Shown here piece by piece: positions 43,981 to 53,715 of a stretch of DNA of 64,000 bases. The translations under genes were made by a program, and so were the position numbers. The notes beneath the pieces were generated by a model. That model worked only from the letters and a program-made list of their open reading frames with translations, was not told the DNA's origin and did not search any database. Origin of the DNA: a virus (Duplodnaviria > Caudoviricetes); IMG/VR virus record IMGVR_UViG_3300046030_000054, positions 1 through 64,000 of that record; one strand, 5' to 3'. The first letter of the stretch is position 1. Every line of letters begins with the position of its first letter.

Positions 43981-46956
43981 CTAATTCAACTCCCCGTTTT
44001 CCAATTTATTAATTAAATCATGCACCTCTTGTTCACTTGTTGCCATCCGGTAGTAAACACCTGATTCTTTAAGATGATCAAAATATTTCTGCTGAATAAT
44101 ATGAATTTCTTCATCACCCAAGCGCATGTTTTCAGCCTTAGTTTCAATCACTAAGTAAATTGGCTTTTTACCATGTTCAATCTTAAAAATGAAGTCTGGT
44201 GTAGTTGTTCCATTATCAAAACGTGGAATCTTGATTGCTTTCTTTGGTAATTTCCCAAAGACACTAATCTTCGGGCCATACGACCGTTGTAAAATTTTTA
44301 ATTCTGGATCAGCACTGTCATAACGCAGCGGTGGCCGGTCATACAAGTACTTTTCATCAGAAGTCGAATCTGACTGGTATACGCCAAGTACGCTAGCCGG
44401 AATCGAATCCACAAACTCTTGCTTTTTAGCATTGTAAATCGATGTTGAAGATGAAAAGTTCAGTGGTTCATAGCTATAAGAAGTCTTAATTCGTTCATTA
44501 AATTGATTGTTAAAAGTGCGAATTAAATTGCCAAGTGTCTTCTCATTGATGTAGTTAGTATTATTTTTCAAACGCTTAATCGCTTTGATCATCAAATTGT
44601 TAAGCAAATTAACCGGTAAATCAGTACCCTTAGCCAAGAGTTTAAGAAATTTACCATAATTCATGGTTAAGAATTCAGTACTATAATCCGACTGCGTTTC
44701 CCGAACGGAAGCCACATTCTCATCAGTTACCACTTCTTGGTGAACCACCTGCGGCCGTTGCAAAACAAAGATCTTATTATCGCTATCGTTAAAGACGTTC
44801 CGGGCAACAGTTTCGGCATCTTGATTAACCGATGGATCAAACTTGATCATTTGCCGCTTAGCCAATTGCAACCACAAATTCTTCAATTGCTGCCAATTTT
44901 GCTTGCGTAGCTTAACATTTGTGCTGTCTTTTGAATTTTTATCTCGAACCTTATCCTTAGCAACTTTAGTTTCTTGGACTAATTCTGGATAAAGATGACA
45001 CAACGCATCATAGCCGGTCATCATTTGACCATCTAATTCAACGTTTTCTTTAAATTTGTTAGAACGAGTAATCACATTATGGGCATCTAAATCATCAAGT
45101 AGCTGGTCCTCATCAAACTTAGGATCAGTTTTTTGTTTAGCTTTAACAATCAGCTTGATCATGTCATCAGTTAATTCTTCTTGGTTCAGTTTTATCGGTG
45201 AATCATCATTAATTTCACCTACTAACTTTTGAGCAAAATCTCGTTCATCATAACCTATTAAGAAAGATAGACGACTCTGCCACTCATCCTGATTCAAACG
45301 GTGACCAGTTTCATCAACTGGAAGCCGTAAACCACGACCAACTTCCTGAATCTTACTAATTTCGGAACCGGAAGTACGTAACTTGGCAATTGTGAAAACA
45401 TTTGGATTATCCCAACCTTCACGCAGCGTCCACTTTGAAAAGAGGAAGCGACGAGTTAGCCAGTTACCATCTTTATTCTTAAAGCTGAGCAGTTTTTCCT
45501 TATTACTAAGAATATCCTCAACTTCAGCTTGAATATCAGCATCTGAACTGCCGCGATCTTCACTAAAGTAGCCAGCATATACGTCCTGATGTTCTGACTG
45601 CAAGCTCCTTAAAGTAGCTTGTAAGAATGAACAATAATCTTTTTCTCGATCATCAATTGCCATCTCATACCGACCAATCAGTCTATTTAATTTTTCAGTT
45701 AAAAGTCGTTCAAATTCTTTGGCAAGCCAGCCTTTACTGCTATTTTCCCCTCGAAAGCTTGAAATACTATCAATGAAAAACAAGGACAAGGTTTTTATTT
45801 TAGGCGCATTATCCCCAGAGTTAGGACGTAGAAAATTTTCCTCTTCGGCCTTAAAGTGGCAGTCCAAGGCTTGCGAAATAATCTCTTTCTGGTAACTTTG
45901 CGCGAAAGTGCCCGGGATTAATTTCATGTCTTTAGCCAGCGCTAATCCATTAGATAACTCACGATCCGTGCCACCGGCATAAGTAATATCTCCTTGAAAG
46001 CCTGGATCGACATCTGCAAGGTTTTCACCAACACCTAGAGAATATTCTTTTTTTCCTTGGGAAAGGATCAATTCTTTAGCTTTAACCTGTTTAACCTTGT
46101 ACAAGTTGCTTGCTTGCTCTTCTGGCATATCTGGGTAATCGATATCGATTCCCTTAACTAAACCTTGATTAAAGCTATCGACGGCATCCAAGTTGAACTG
46201 AGGTTCACCACGGTAATAATCAATCTTAGTAACCTTGTTTTTGCCACGCCCACTTGTTGTTTCCGGGAAAGTAGCTCCAAAACGGACAATTAATTGGGGC
46301 TTCATTGCTTTAATATCTTCGTAAAACTTTTTACCCCGTGGGAATCGCTGCGGCTCGTCAATAATGACTACAGGTCTAGTTGCCGCAATGGCTTTAATTG
46401 GTGAAGTTTCGCCACCAAGCAAAGTCTGATCATAATCATCACGGTGCATGGACTTAGAATGAAGCATCCCTTGATTAACCAGCAGCACCTCAATTTGATT
46501 AGTATTCTGTCTAGTTGACTCCACAAATTCAGATAGCTGTGCCGGGAAGTTACGTCGCCCTGAACGTGCACTAAAATCGCCTGCGTTAATGACGTTTAAT
46601 TGCACCCTGGTATTTTCATAGAATTCACTAAAATGCTGTTTAGCATAATCACTGGTAATGAAACTACGAGTACCTTCTTTAATACTTGGACTGGGCACTG
46701 CAATGACAAACTTAAAGAGCCCATACTTTTGATGTAATTCATACATCATCCGGGTATAAACATAGGTCTTCCCTGTACCTGTTTCCATCTTTATGTCAAT
46801 ATTAGCTTTATCGTTGTAGCGGTACTTAATCAGCGGATTGGCATAGATGTAGTTTGCATTGGGATCATTACTCATCGTATCCATTCCAGGAAAAGATTTA
46901 TCAATGGCAGCCAGAGCGTCAGTTTGATGCTGTAAAGTTTCTAGTTTAATCTTCAT
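43981..46956 (-). CDS. res: Type III restriction endonuclease Res
   Basis: METGTGKT, IIDEPQ, LREGWDNPN, QEVGRGLR, PDF..IETK. Confidence 0.92.
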   Translation of the reverse strand: MKIKLETLQHQTDALAAIDKSFPGMDTMSNDPNANYIYANPLIKYRYNDKANIDIKMETGTGKTYVYTRMMYELHQKYGLFKFVIAVPSPSIKEGTRSFITSDYAKQHFSEFYENTRVQLNVINAGDFSARSGRRNFPAQLSEFVESTRQNTNQIEVLLVNQGMLHSKSMHRDDYDQTLLGGETSPIKAIAATRPVVIIDEPQRFPRGKKFYEDIKAMKPQLIVRFGATFPETTSGRGKNKVTKIDYYRGEPQFNLDAVDSFNQGLVKGIDIDYPDMPEEQASNLYKVKQVKAKELILSQGKKEYSLGVGENLADVDPGFQGDITYAGGTDRELSNGLALAKDMKLIPGTFAQSYQKEIISQALDCHFKAEEENFLRPNSGDNAPKIKTLSLFFIDSISSFRGENSSKGWLAKEFERLLTEKLNRLIGRYEMAIDDREKDYCSFLQATLRSLQSEHQDVYAGYFSEDRGSSDADIQAEVEDILSNKEKLLSFKNKDGNWLTRRFLFSKWTLREGWDNPNVFTIAKLRTSGSEISKIQEVGRGLRLPVDETGHRLNQDEWQSRLSFLIGYDERDFAQKLVGEINDDSPIKLNQEELTDDMIKLIVKAKQKTDPKFDEDQLLDDLDAHNVITRSNKFKENVELDGQMMTGYDALCHLYPELVQETKVAKDKVRDKNSKDSTNVKLRKQNWQQLKNLWLQLAKRQMIKFDPSVNQDAETVARNVFNDSDNKIFVLQRPQVVHQEVVTDENVASVRETQSDYSTEFLTMNYGKFLKLLAKGTDLPVNLLNNLMIKAIKRLKNNTNYINEKTLGNLIRTFNNQFNERIKTSYSYEPLNFSSSTSIYNAKKQEFVDSIPASVLGVYQSDSTSDEKYLYDRPPLRYDSADPELKILQRSYGPKISVFGKLPKKAIKIPRFDNGTTTPDFIFKIEHGKKPIYLVIETKAENMRLGDEEIHIIQQKYFDHLKESGVYYRMATSEQEVHDLINKLENGELN

Positions 46957-46959
46957 GGC

Positions 46960-48909
46960 TTAGTACCTCTTGATCAAAGTGACTTTACTATCTAACTGCT
47001 TCAGACCATTTTCTAGTTCGCGAAGTTCGGCGACGTTAAAGGAATAGCCAAAGATAACCACACTTTGAACGTTTAACTGATGTGTACCAAGTTGATTTAA
47101 CAGCTCTCTGGTCTGGTCAGCTCCCCAGCCTTCATTAATCAGATAGAGACGATTATTTTCAACTTGATGAGCCATGTAATTGCCAAACTTAAGATCTTGA
47201 ACGTTAGTATTAAATGAATAACCATCTTTAGCTAACCAAGTAGTTAAAATTGTTTCTTCACCTGTAGCATCTCCATCAATACCTAAGCTCTTACTAGAAA
47301 AGCCATCAACCATATTTGTAAACAGGTTAGTATTGTTAGGATCAAAGTCATCAATTTCTTCCAACGTCTGTTTAACAGGCTTAACTACACGATAATGCTT
47401 AAAGCTGCCATCAAAATCTTCTGGTAAAGTTAATTCATTATCCTGACGAATCTTTTTAGCAGCGCGCCGGATGCGTTCCCGCGAGATCTCGTCAATAGAA
47501 CGGAAGCCTGCTTCATAGGCGGCTTTACCGCCTTTAGTCGGCACTTCGGAACCATCGCTGTTGGTATGGTAAGTTTTTTCGGGCAGTTGCACCATGATGA
47601 ACTTACGGTGTCCACCATCTTCAGCATTAAGCTGCATGACGGCATCGGCAGTGGTGGAAGAACCAGCAAAGAAATCAAGGACAAGAGAATCTGCATGACT
47701 ACTATATTGAATAATCTTTTTAATAAGACTTACAGGTTTGGGACTTGAAAAGAAATCTCTGCCATCAAAAATTTTATCTCGTAGGTATTTTGTTGCAGCT
47801 TGGTTCATAAAAATATTATCAGTAGCAAACAATGAATCAACTTGCTTATGCGTACTCTTTAACTCACTGGCATATTTTTTTATGAAAAAACCTCTTTGTG
47901 ATTCAGAATACTGCTTTTTAAATACAAATTTACCGTTTTGAATCCAATTTTCCATGGTACTTTTTGAAAAAGCCCAATATCGTCCTTTGGGTGGTAAATC
48001 TATTAAACCAGTATAGGGATTTTTAATTTCAAAAAATGTACTCTCAGAACCGCTCCTTGCGCTTGGGTTATCAGTTGACCACGGACCTCTTGGATCATTG
48101 TCAGGATTCTTGTAACCTTCAAGACTTTTTTTCTCACCCTTCAATTCCGCAGATTGTATATTTTGGGCATAGACATATAATGATTCGTGCTGTTGATTGA
48201 AACCAGATGAAGAGTCATTTGCAGTTGAACGGGTTTTGCGGATAATTTGACCAATAAAATTAGCTTCTCCAAATATTTCATCTAAAAGTTCTTTTAAATT
48301 GGTATCTTCATTTTCGTCTATTGATACTAAAAAGATTCCTTTTTTTGAAAGTAATCTTTTAGCTAAAAATAACCTTGGATACATAAAAGTAAGCCAAGAC
48401 GAATGGCTAGAGCGCCCTTGAATACTCTTTAATCGAGCGACTTGATCATCATCCAAGCCAAACATATCTTTTAGTTTCTCATCACTATATTCAAAAGAAT
48501 CTGGATAAACAAAGCCATCGCTGCCTGTGTTATACGGCGGATCAATGTAAATAACATCAATCTTATTCTGGTAATTGTTCTGAAGATGACGTAAGACTTC
48601 TAGGTTATCACCAGTGAAGAATAAATTTTTGCTGTTCTTACCTTCGCCCTTGTTTTGCTTTTCATCAGGAACAATAACTGTGCTTGGCACTTCACCAGCT
48701 TGACGACGTGCGTAATCTTTACCAATGAAGTCAAGCTGATAGCCCTCACTAAGTTCATTGACGTTCTTTTGTTTCAATTCATTTTTAAATTTTTCTAAAT
48801 CAAAAGATCCCTCCTTCGTAAAAAATTCTGGTAACTTATCTTTAAGTTCATTTAAGAAAGCTGTGTTTGATTGTACAGTTTCATTATATTTTTCGTTATC
48901 TGTTTGCAT
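46960..48909 (-). CDS. mod: Type III methyltransferase Mod
   Basis: GDNLEVL, IYIDPPYNTG, LDFFAGSSTT; probable start 48909. Confidence 0.92.
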   Translation of the reverse strand: MQTDNEKYNETVQSNTAFLNELKDKLPEFFTKEGSFDLEKFKNELKQKNVNELSEGYQLDFIGKDYARRQAGEVPSTVIVPDEKQNKGEGKNSKNLFFTGDNLEVLRHLQNNYQNKIDVIYIDPPYNTGSDGFVYPDSFEYSDEKLKDMFGLDDDQVARLKSIQGRSSHSSWLTFMYPRLFLAKRLLSKKGIFLVSIDENEDTNLKELLDEIFGEANFIGQIIRKTRSTANDSSSGFNQQHESLYVYAQNIQSAELKGEKKSLEGYKNPDNDPRGPWSTDNPSARSGSESTFFEIKNPYTGLIDLPPKGRYWAFSKSTMENWIQNGKFVFKKQYSESQRGFFIKKYASELKSTHKQVDSLFATDNIFMNQAATKYLRDKIFDGRDFFSSPKPVSLIKKIIQYSSHADSLVLDFFAGSSTTADAVMQLNAEDGGHRKFIMVQLPEKTYHTNSDGSEVPTKGGKAAYEAGFRSIDEISRERIRRAAKKIRQDNELTLPEDFDGSFKHYRVVKPVKQTLEEIDDFDPNNTNLFTNMVDGFSSKSLGIDGDATGEETILTTWLAKDGYSFNTNVQDLKFGNYMAHQVENNRLYLINEGWGADQTRELLNQLGTHQLNVQSVVIFGYSFNVAELRELENGLKQLDSKVTLIKRY

Positions 48910-48919
48910 CAAATTTCTC

Positions 48920-49165
48920 CTATTCTTCGTTAATTGGTACAGTTTCACAAATGTCATTAAGATTGCAGTCTAAGCCAGTGCATATCTTCATTAAAAGATC
49001 AGTAGTAACATTAGCATCTTTTCCTAACTTAGCAACGGAAGCAGCGCTAATATCGCATTCAGTTTGCAAATCTTTTTTCTGTAATCCCCGATCAATTAAC
49101 AATTTCCACAATTTCTTGTAACTAACCTTATATTTAATTTTTAAGTTATTTGGTTGCTTGCTCAT
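48920..49165 (-). CDS. Cro/C1-type HTH regulator (HTH_26-like)
   Basis: VSYKKLWKLLIDRGLQKKDL; paralogue of 8165-8383. Confidence 0.85.
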   Translation of the reverse strand: MSKQPNNLKIKYKVSYKKLWKLLIDRGLQKKDLQTECDISAASVAKLGKDANVTTDLLMKICTGLDCNLNDICETVPINEE

Positions 49166-50801
49166 TCCATGATCTCCCAAACAGTTCTTTACCACCACGT
49201 TCAAGTGTCAGAACTGTATTCTCTCTAATAATCTCTTGTGCTTTTTCTGATAATACTTCAATACTATCAATCGAAATAAATATCTGCTTAGTTTCTTGAG
49301 CATACATTTCAATAATTCTATTTCTACGATCAATCTCAATATTTGAAAATAGTAGTGAATCATGAACAAAAAATGGTAGATGTGTTAAGTCAAGACAAGC
49401 TTGATCGAAAATAATTAATCCCTTGAATGATGTACCTGTACCTTGGTCATTAATCGTCTCAAAATTGTATCCTGTTGGTTTTAATTCAATTCGTGGAGGT
49501 TGAAATGAACTAGATCCGCAGACCTGCACATTTAAACTAGCCATTTTGGTGTTCAAAGAGTGCTGTACCTCTGCCAATTCAGTATTGATAGTCGCTTTTA
49601 AAGCATCTTGCTGATCTTTCTTGTCTTGTTGTAGCTTTTTCTTCTTCTGATAATTTTTATTTTCGTCTTCTAATTGCTTCAATTCTGCTTTTTTATCAGC
49701 ATACTCATTAAGTAAAGCAGTTTGGACATTTGGCCCTTGTTGATTCTTTATTTTTTGTGCTTCATTAACTAGTTGAGAAATATGATGACTTAAATCCTCA
49801 ACATTTTCTTCAATAGTATTTTTCTCTCGTTCAAACTCTAGTTTAAGGAACTTAGTAATTTGATGATGGAATTTATCTATTTTTTCAATTCTTTGGATAT
49901 CTACATCAGGAAAGAATTGCTCTAATTCATGATAATTATTTCGATACCTTTTAGGTCCGGCTTCTTCATTAGACTTTATGACATTTAATCTACTCAAGTA
50001 GATATTCTTCTGTTCCCTAAGTTGGGATAGATCATTTCTTATTTCTCTTAAACGTGCTGCTTGCATATCATCTAAGTTTAATGAGCCTTCATTATTTTCA
50101 GATTGTAAGTCTGACAGCTTTTGTTTAAGGTGTTCAATTTTGTTTAGATTTTCGTTAAACCGTCTTTTTGTATCAACTATTGGAACATACCTGTATGTCC
50201 CTGCATTTTTAAATGCTGTGTAAGCTTCCTCGGCTTTTTTTGCTGCCTCTTCTCTATTCTCAATAGGAGAATATTTGTCAAACAACTTCAGTAATCCATA
50301 GACCTGCTGTTTAGCCGGCTCTTGATTGCTATTTTGCAAGGGTCTTTTTTCATTTGTAGTTTGACGATTATAAACCCTCATAAAACGGCCAACTGCACCT
50401 CTAAATGTTAGTCCGGGTAAATCCAAATTATATTGCTCAGACAAAAAATCGAGATACTCCTCGACAGTTATTTTCTTATTATCTTTAGGGATGAATTTCT
50501 CGTTACAAATATAGATGTATTGAAAATCTTCTGTTGACCTTGAAAAATAATACTTTTTATCATTAAACTCAAAAGCGAACTTTATAATATGAGGACCTAC
50601 ATTTTTCTGGACATCAAGGTCCTTTTTCACATAATCAGTTCCACCAAATACAAAGTCGATAATCATCAAAAGCGTTGATTTCCCAATTGAATTAGTTCCG
50701 CTATGACCACCTAAAATCACATTTAGCCCTTTATTAAAATAAATTGGTCCACGTGGGTGCCCATCGACCATAAACTGATCACAACTAATTTGTTTTAACA
50801 C
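49146..50801 (-). CDS. lmuB: ABC-three-component / Lamassu ATPase (DUF2326-like)
   Basis: GTNSIGKST Walker A, coiled coil, QGTGTSF signature, FVHDS Walker B. Confidence 0.8.
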   Translation of the reverse strand: MLKQISCDQFMVDGHPRGPIYFNKGLNVILGGHSGTNSIGKSTLLMIIDFVFGGTDYVKKDLDVQKNVGPHIIKFAFEFNDKKYYFSRSTEDFQYIYICNEKFIPKDNKKITVEEYLDFLSEQYNLDLPGLTFRGAVGRFMRVYNRQTTNEKRPLQNSNQEPAKQQVYGLLKLFDKYSPIENREEAAKKAEEAYTAFKNAGTYRYVPIVDTKRRFNENLNKIEHLKQKLSDLQSENNEGSLNLDDMQAARLREIRNDLSQLREQKNIYLSRLNVIKSNEEAGPKRYRNNYHELEQFFPDVDIQRIEKIDKFHHQITKFLKLEFEREKNTIEENVEDLSHHISQLVNEAQKIKNQQGPNVQTALLNEYADKKAELKQLEDENKNYQKKKKLQQDKKDQQDALKATINTELAEVQHSLNTKMASLNVQVCGSSSFQPPRIELKPTGYNFETINDQGTGTSFKGLIIFDQACLDLTHLPFFVHDSLLFSNIEIDRRNRIIEMYAQETKQIFISIDSIEVLSEKAQEIIRENTVLTLERGGKELFGRSWNEQATK

Positions 50802-51033
50802 TGCTTATCACACCTGTTTCTTCATCAATGCAAATCCTGTTTAATATAAACAAACAATCCAACGCCTCCACAAACTCACCCACATCATCAAAATATCTTC
50901 TTGTTCTCTTATAAAGATCTTGTGGGTTCATAGCTTGTTCGTTTAGTTTTTTCATTATTTTAGGAAGACTTGCTAATGTACTTTCCTTATAGTCAGTAAC
51001 TTTACTGGGCATTTTCAACTTCAAACACCTCAC
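50785..51033 (-). CDS. lmuC: ABC-3C middle component
   Basis: Small ORF between effector and ATPase: PSKVT.YKES..ALDCLFILN.I. Confidence 0.7.
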   Translation of the reverse strand: MRCLKLKMPSKVTDYKESTLASLPKIMKKLNEQAMNPQDLYKRTRRYFDDVGEFVEALDCLFILNRICIDEETGVISSVKTN

Positions 51034-52219
51034 AATTTTGAACGAAAAAAGCCACTATAATTCTGGAAGCTTCTGAATAATCCTGAGGCAATTGTTCTTT
51101 AGCAAGAATCCAATCAGCCAAGTGATTAAATATTTCTTCCTGATCTAGTTGCTCACGCTTAAATTTAAAATAGGCTAACTTTATGGTGGTAGCTAATTCA
51201 TCAAAAGAAAAATCTGGACCTTCCAAATTAGAAAATTGATCTTTGATTTTGTTGTAATAACCCGAAACGTAATAACTAACAGCCCCTTGTAAGGCATAAT
51301 CATGACTTATCTTTTCTTCTACGGTATGTGCATCATAATCAATAACAGAATTCGCTAAGTTTGGTTTAACCTTCTTTAGCCCCTGAATCACTTTAGTCAA
51401 TTTTGCTTCTAAAGTTAGCTGATTTAGGCCTTGAGCGATTTGTTTTTCATTAATAACATGTTGTTTTTTCTGAATCAACCGTTGATAATCATTTAAGTTA
51501 GGATTATTGAGATAAACATTCGCACAATTTAAACATAATGGGATTTTATTTTCTAAGGCATCTGAATTTTCAGGTGCCTTTTTTATTTTGGCAAATTTAG
51601 CTTTTTCCTTTTCATTTAAGTTGTCAGGAAAGATATGGACAACATCATATCCTGCTATGGCATTGCTAATACCATTCTTAATCAAGCTCTCTCCACATAA
51701 AGGGAATTCTATATCGACATCATGAAGTAAACGCAAGTTATCGATGAAATTCTGATTTGTTTTGACATCATTAGTTTTTACAGAGGTTTCACCATTTTTG
51801 AACTTATTCAAAAAAGCTTTCATTATTTTGAAGCATACTTCACCCAAAGAACTTGTAGTTACTTCAAATTGCTCCTCACGCAACTTATTTCGAATGCTTT
51901 CTCTTGCTCCTGGGGCTGAAAAATTAATTTCGTCTACAAACTTTTTCCCATTACTAATTCTGCTAAGTAACTCTTTTGCATCTTTTTTAGGGATTGGCCT
52001 GGAGCCAATACAGTACTTGTTAATGGTGTCGGCTACTCTGCCTGCAAAAGGATTCAAGTCCCCACTTTGTGCTTTTTCATCCTCCACATCAGTCTGTGGA
52101 GTACGAATGATCAAATCTATTAAATGACAAAAGAATTTAGGACGCCCCTTATTATCTTTGCTCTCATCAGGGCTACCTAAATATGTCCATAGCATGTCAA
52201 AAAAATCAGAGAATTCCAT
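51002..52219 (-). CDS. lmuA: ABC-3C effector: N-terminal regulator-like domain + HNH-like nuclease + ABC-3C C-terminal domain
   Basis: PLCG..VVHIFP..IPLCLNCAN; C-terminal A.RIIVAFFVQNCEVFE. Confidence 0.7.
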   Translation of the reverse strand: MEFSDFFDMLWTYLGSPDESKDNKGRPKFFCHLIDLIIRTPQTDVEDEKAQSGDLNPFAGRVADTINKYCIGSRPIPKKDAKELLSRISNGKKFVDEINFSAPGARESIRNKLREEQFEVTTSSLGEVCFKIMKAFLNKFKNGETSVKTNDVKTNQNFIDNLRLLHDVDIEFPLCGESLIKNGISNAIAGYDVVHIFPDNLNEKEKAKFAKIKKAPENSDALENKIPLCLNCANVYLNNPNLNDYQRLIQKKQHVINEKQIAQGLNQLTLEAKLTKVIQGLKKVKPNLANSVIDYDAHTVEEKISHDYALQGAVSYYVSGYYNKIKDQFSNLEGPDFSFDELATTIKLAYFKFKREQLDQEEIFNHLADWILAKEQLPQDYSEASRIIVAFFVQNCEVFEVENAQ

Positions 52220-52303
52220 ATCAATCACGCTCAACTTTCGGACAAAAAAGGGCAGATTTTGTCCCAAACTGTCCGAGTTCATATTTTCTTTTCAAATATA
52301 CTG

Positions 52304-52337
52304 ATTGTGAATTAAAGATAATAATTCAATTCACAAT
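52304..52337. promoter_or_regulatory. Inverted repeat in the divergent promoter region (candidate operator)
   Basis: ATTGTGAATT-N14-AATTCACAAT. Confidence 0.45.
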
Positions 52338-52449
52338 TTAAGTATATCGTTTACATACACGGTTCTCAATATTTAATATGCGAACGCGAATTTTATCTAT
52401 TGATTCAGCATGCATCGTCAAGCTAACGGTGTTCCAGCATGCTTCTTAA

Positions 52450-52585
52450 TTGAATACTTTTACTGCAACCAGCCACTGGAAGGTTTGCTGCAGTCCCGAA
52501 ACGAATGAGTTTTGGACTGCTTAGCACACTACCAGTGGCTCTTTTGGTCCTTTGCCTTCGTTTCGGGAGACCGGAACGGAGGCTT
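52450..52585 (+). ncRNA. Putative structured leader RNA, paralogue of 12555-12700
   Basis: AGCCACTGG/CCAGTGGCT, TGCT/AGCA, GCAGTCC/GGACTGC, pseudoknot CCCGAAACGAA/TTCGTTTCGGG. Confidence 0.62.
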
Positions 52586-52591
52586 TTATTA

Positions 52592-53110
52592 ATGAAGAAA
52601 AGTAACAGTGAGTACGAATTAATCGGTGAAGAAAATGGAAAGCTAGTCGTTAGAGTCAAGCACATGGGAAACCAAGTAATCACTATCACCAAGGAACAGG
52701 GTAACGTTGCCTTTGACTTTGATCATAAGCAATATAATTCAGATCATCGAAACGAACGGCATCAGGATAAATTCTTCGCTAATTCACAGGATGATCCAGC
52801 TATTAATGCAATCGACACAATAGCGGATCGTAGTTCCATGGAAATCACATCTGTTTACAGCAAGGATAACTTATTGGATTCATTAATTGAAAAGGAAGAC
52901 CAGCGGTACCGCCAGCAATTGATTGTACAATTACCAGCTGCCCTGGCAACTTTAACTAATAAACAACGAAATGCCGTCCTCGGCTATTACTGCAAGGGAC
53001 TTAAGAAGAAAGAAATTGCTGAGAAAATGAGTATTAGCCCAACCATGGTGGGAAGACATGTTAAAGCTGGATTAGTAAAATTGCGTAGTTTTTATAACAA
53101 AAAAGAATAA
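52592..53110 (+). CDS. Sigma-70 region-4 / ECF-like sigma factor
   Basis: Paralogue of 12706-13224; RBS CGGAGG before ATG 52592. Confidence 0.8.
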   Translation: MKKSNSEYELIGEENGKLVVRVKHMGNQVITITKEQGNVAFDFDHKQYNSDHRNERHQDKFFANSQDDPAINAIDTIADRSSMEITSVYSKDNLLDSLIEKEDQRYRQQLIVQLPAALATLTNKQRNAVLGYYCKGLKKKEIAEKMSISPTMVGRHVKAGLVKLRSFYNKKE

Positions 53111-53134
53111 TTTTCGTAAAAGTGAGCCAGATAT

Positions 53135-53172
53135 GGTTCACTTTTTTTCTGCTCCTGGCAAATAGGTGTGAG
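53135..53172 (+). promoter_or_regulatory. Sigma-promoter-like motif (E2 copy a)
   Basis: GGTTCACTTT-N10-CTGGCAAAT. Confidence 0.6.
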
Positions 53173-53210
53173 AAATGGCTCACCTAACTTAATGAAAGGA
53201 GCTAGCAAGA

Positions 53211-53414
53211 ATGGCTAACAAAGTATCAATCAGTGTTACCAAGCATCCCCGCCAAGATGGCGTCGTCAGCATGCGCAACGTCACGATCCGTGAACGACTG
53301 CTACGTTTACTGCTCGGTAAACCGCATCACTTGATGGTGATCGCACCTGGCAAGGATGTTCAACAGTTGCAAATTAACGAAGTTAAGGAGGATTCCTATG
53401 AGCGCAATGAATGA
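53211..53414 (+). CDS. Small conserved hypothetical protein
   Basis: Paralogue of 13320-13526. Confidence 0.7.
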   Translation: MANKVSISVTKHPRQDGVVSMRNVTIRERLLRLLLGKPHHLMVIAPGKDVQQLQINEVKEDSYERNE

Positions 53415-53715
53415 CCTCGATTTACAACTCAAGGAAGCTGAGAACCAGCTTGATCAAACCCAGGAAACCATTCGGTCCATTCGCCAATTGTTATCAAGCA
53501 ACGAAAATGAAGCTTCAAGTGATGATGAGCAACCAAAGCGTGACTCAATTGAAGACAAAGTAACGGTTCGCAAGATGCTGGCAAAGAAGAGTGCCGAAGG
53601 TTATACCGACCAAGTGAAAGAATTGCTTCATAAATTTGGTGCGGAGAAACTCTCTGATGTGGATCCCAAGGATTACGAGGATCTTTACTACAGTGCGGAG
53701 GGATTAGGACAATGA
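53398..53715 (+). CDS. Hypothetical protein
   Basis: Paralogue of 13510-13845. Confidence 0.7.
   Translation: MSAMNDLDLQLKEAENQLDQTQETIRSIRQLLSSNENEASSDDEQPKRDSIEDKVTVRKMLAKKSAEGYTDQVKELLHKFGAEKLSDVDPKDYEDLYYSAEGLGQ

Noticed and set aside
46960-48909. Phase-variable type III mod (phasevarion)
   Set aside because: The ORF is intact and I saw no simple-sequence repeat tract; the AT-rich middle fits an ordinary TRD swap.
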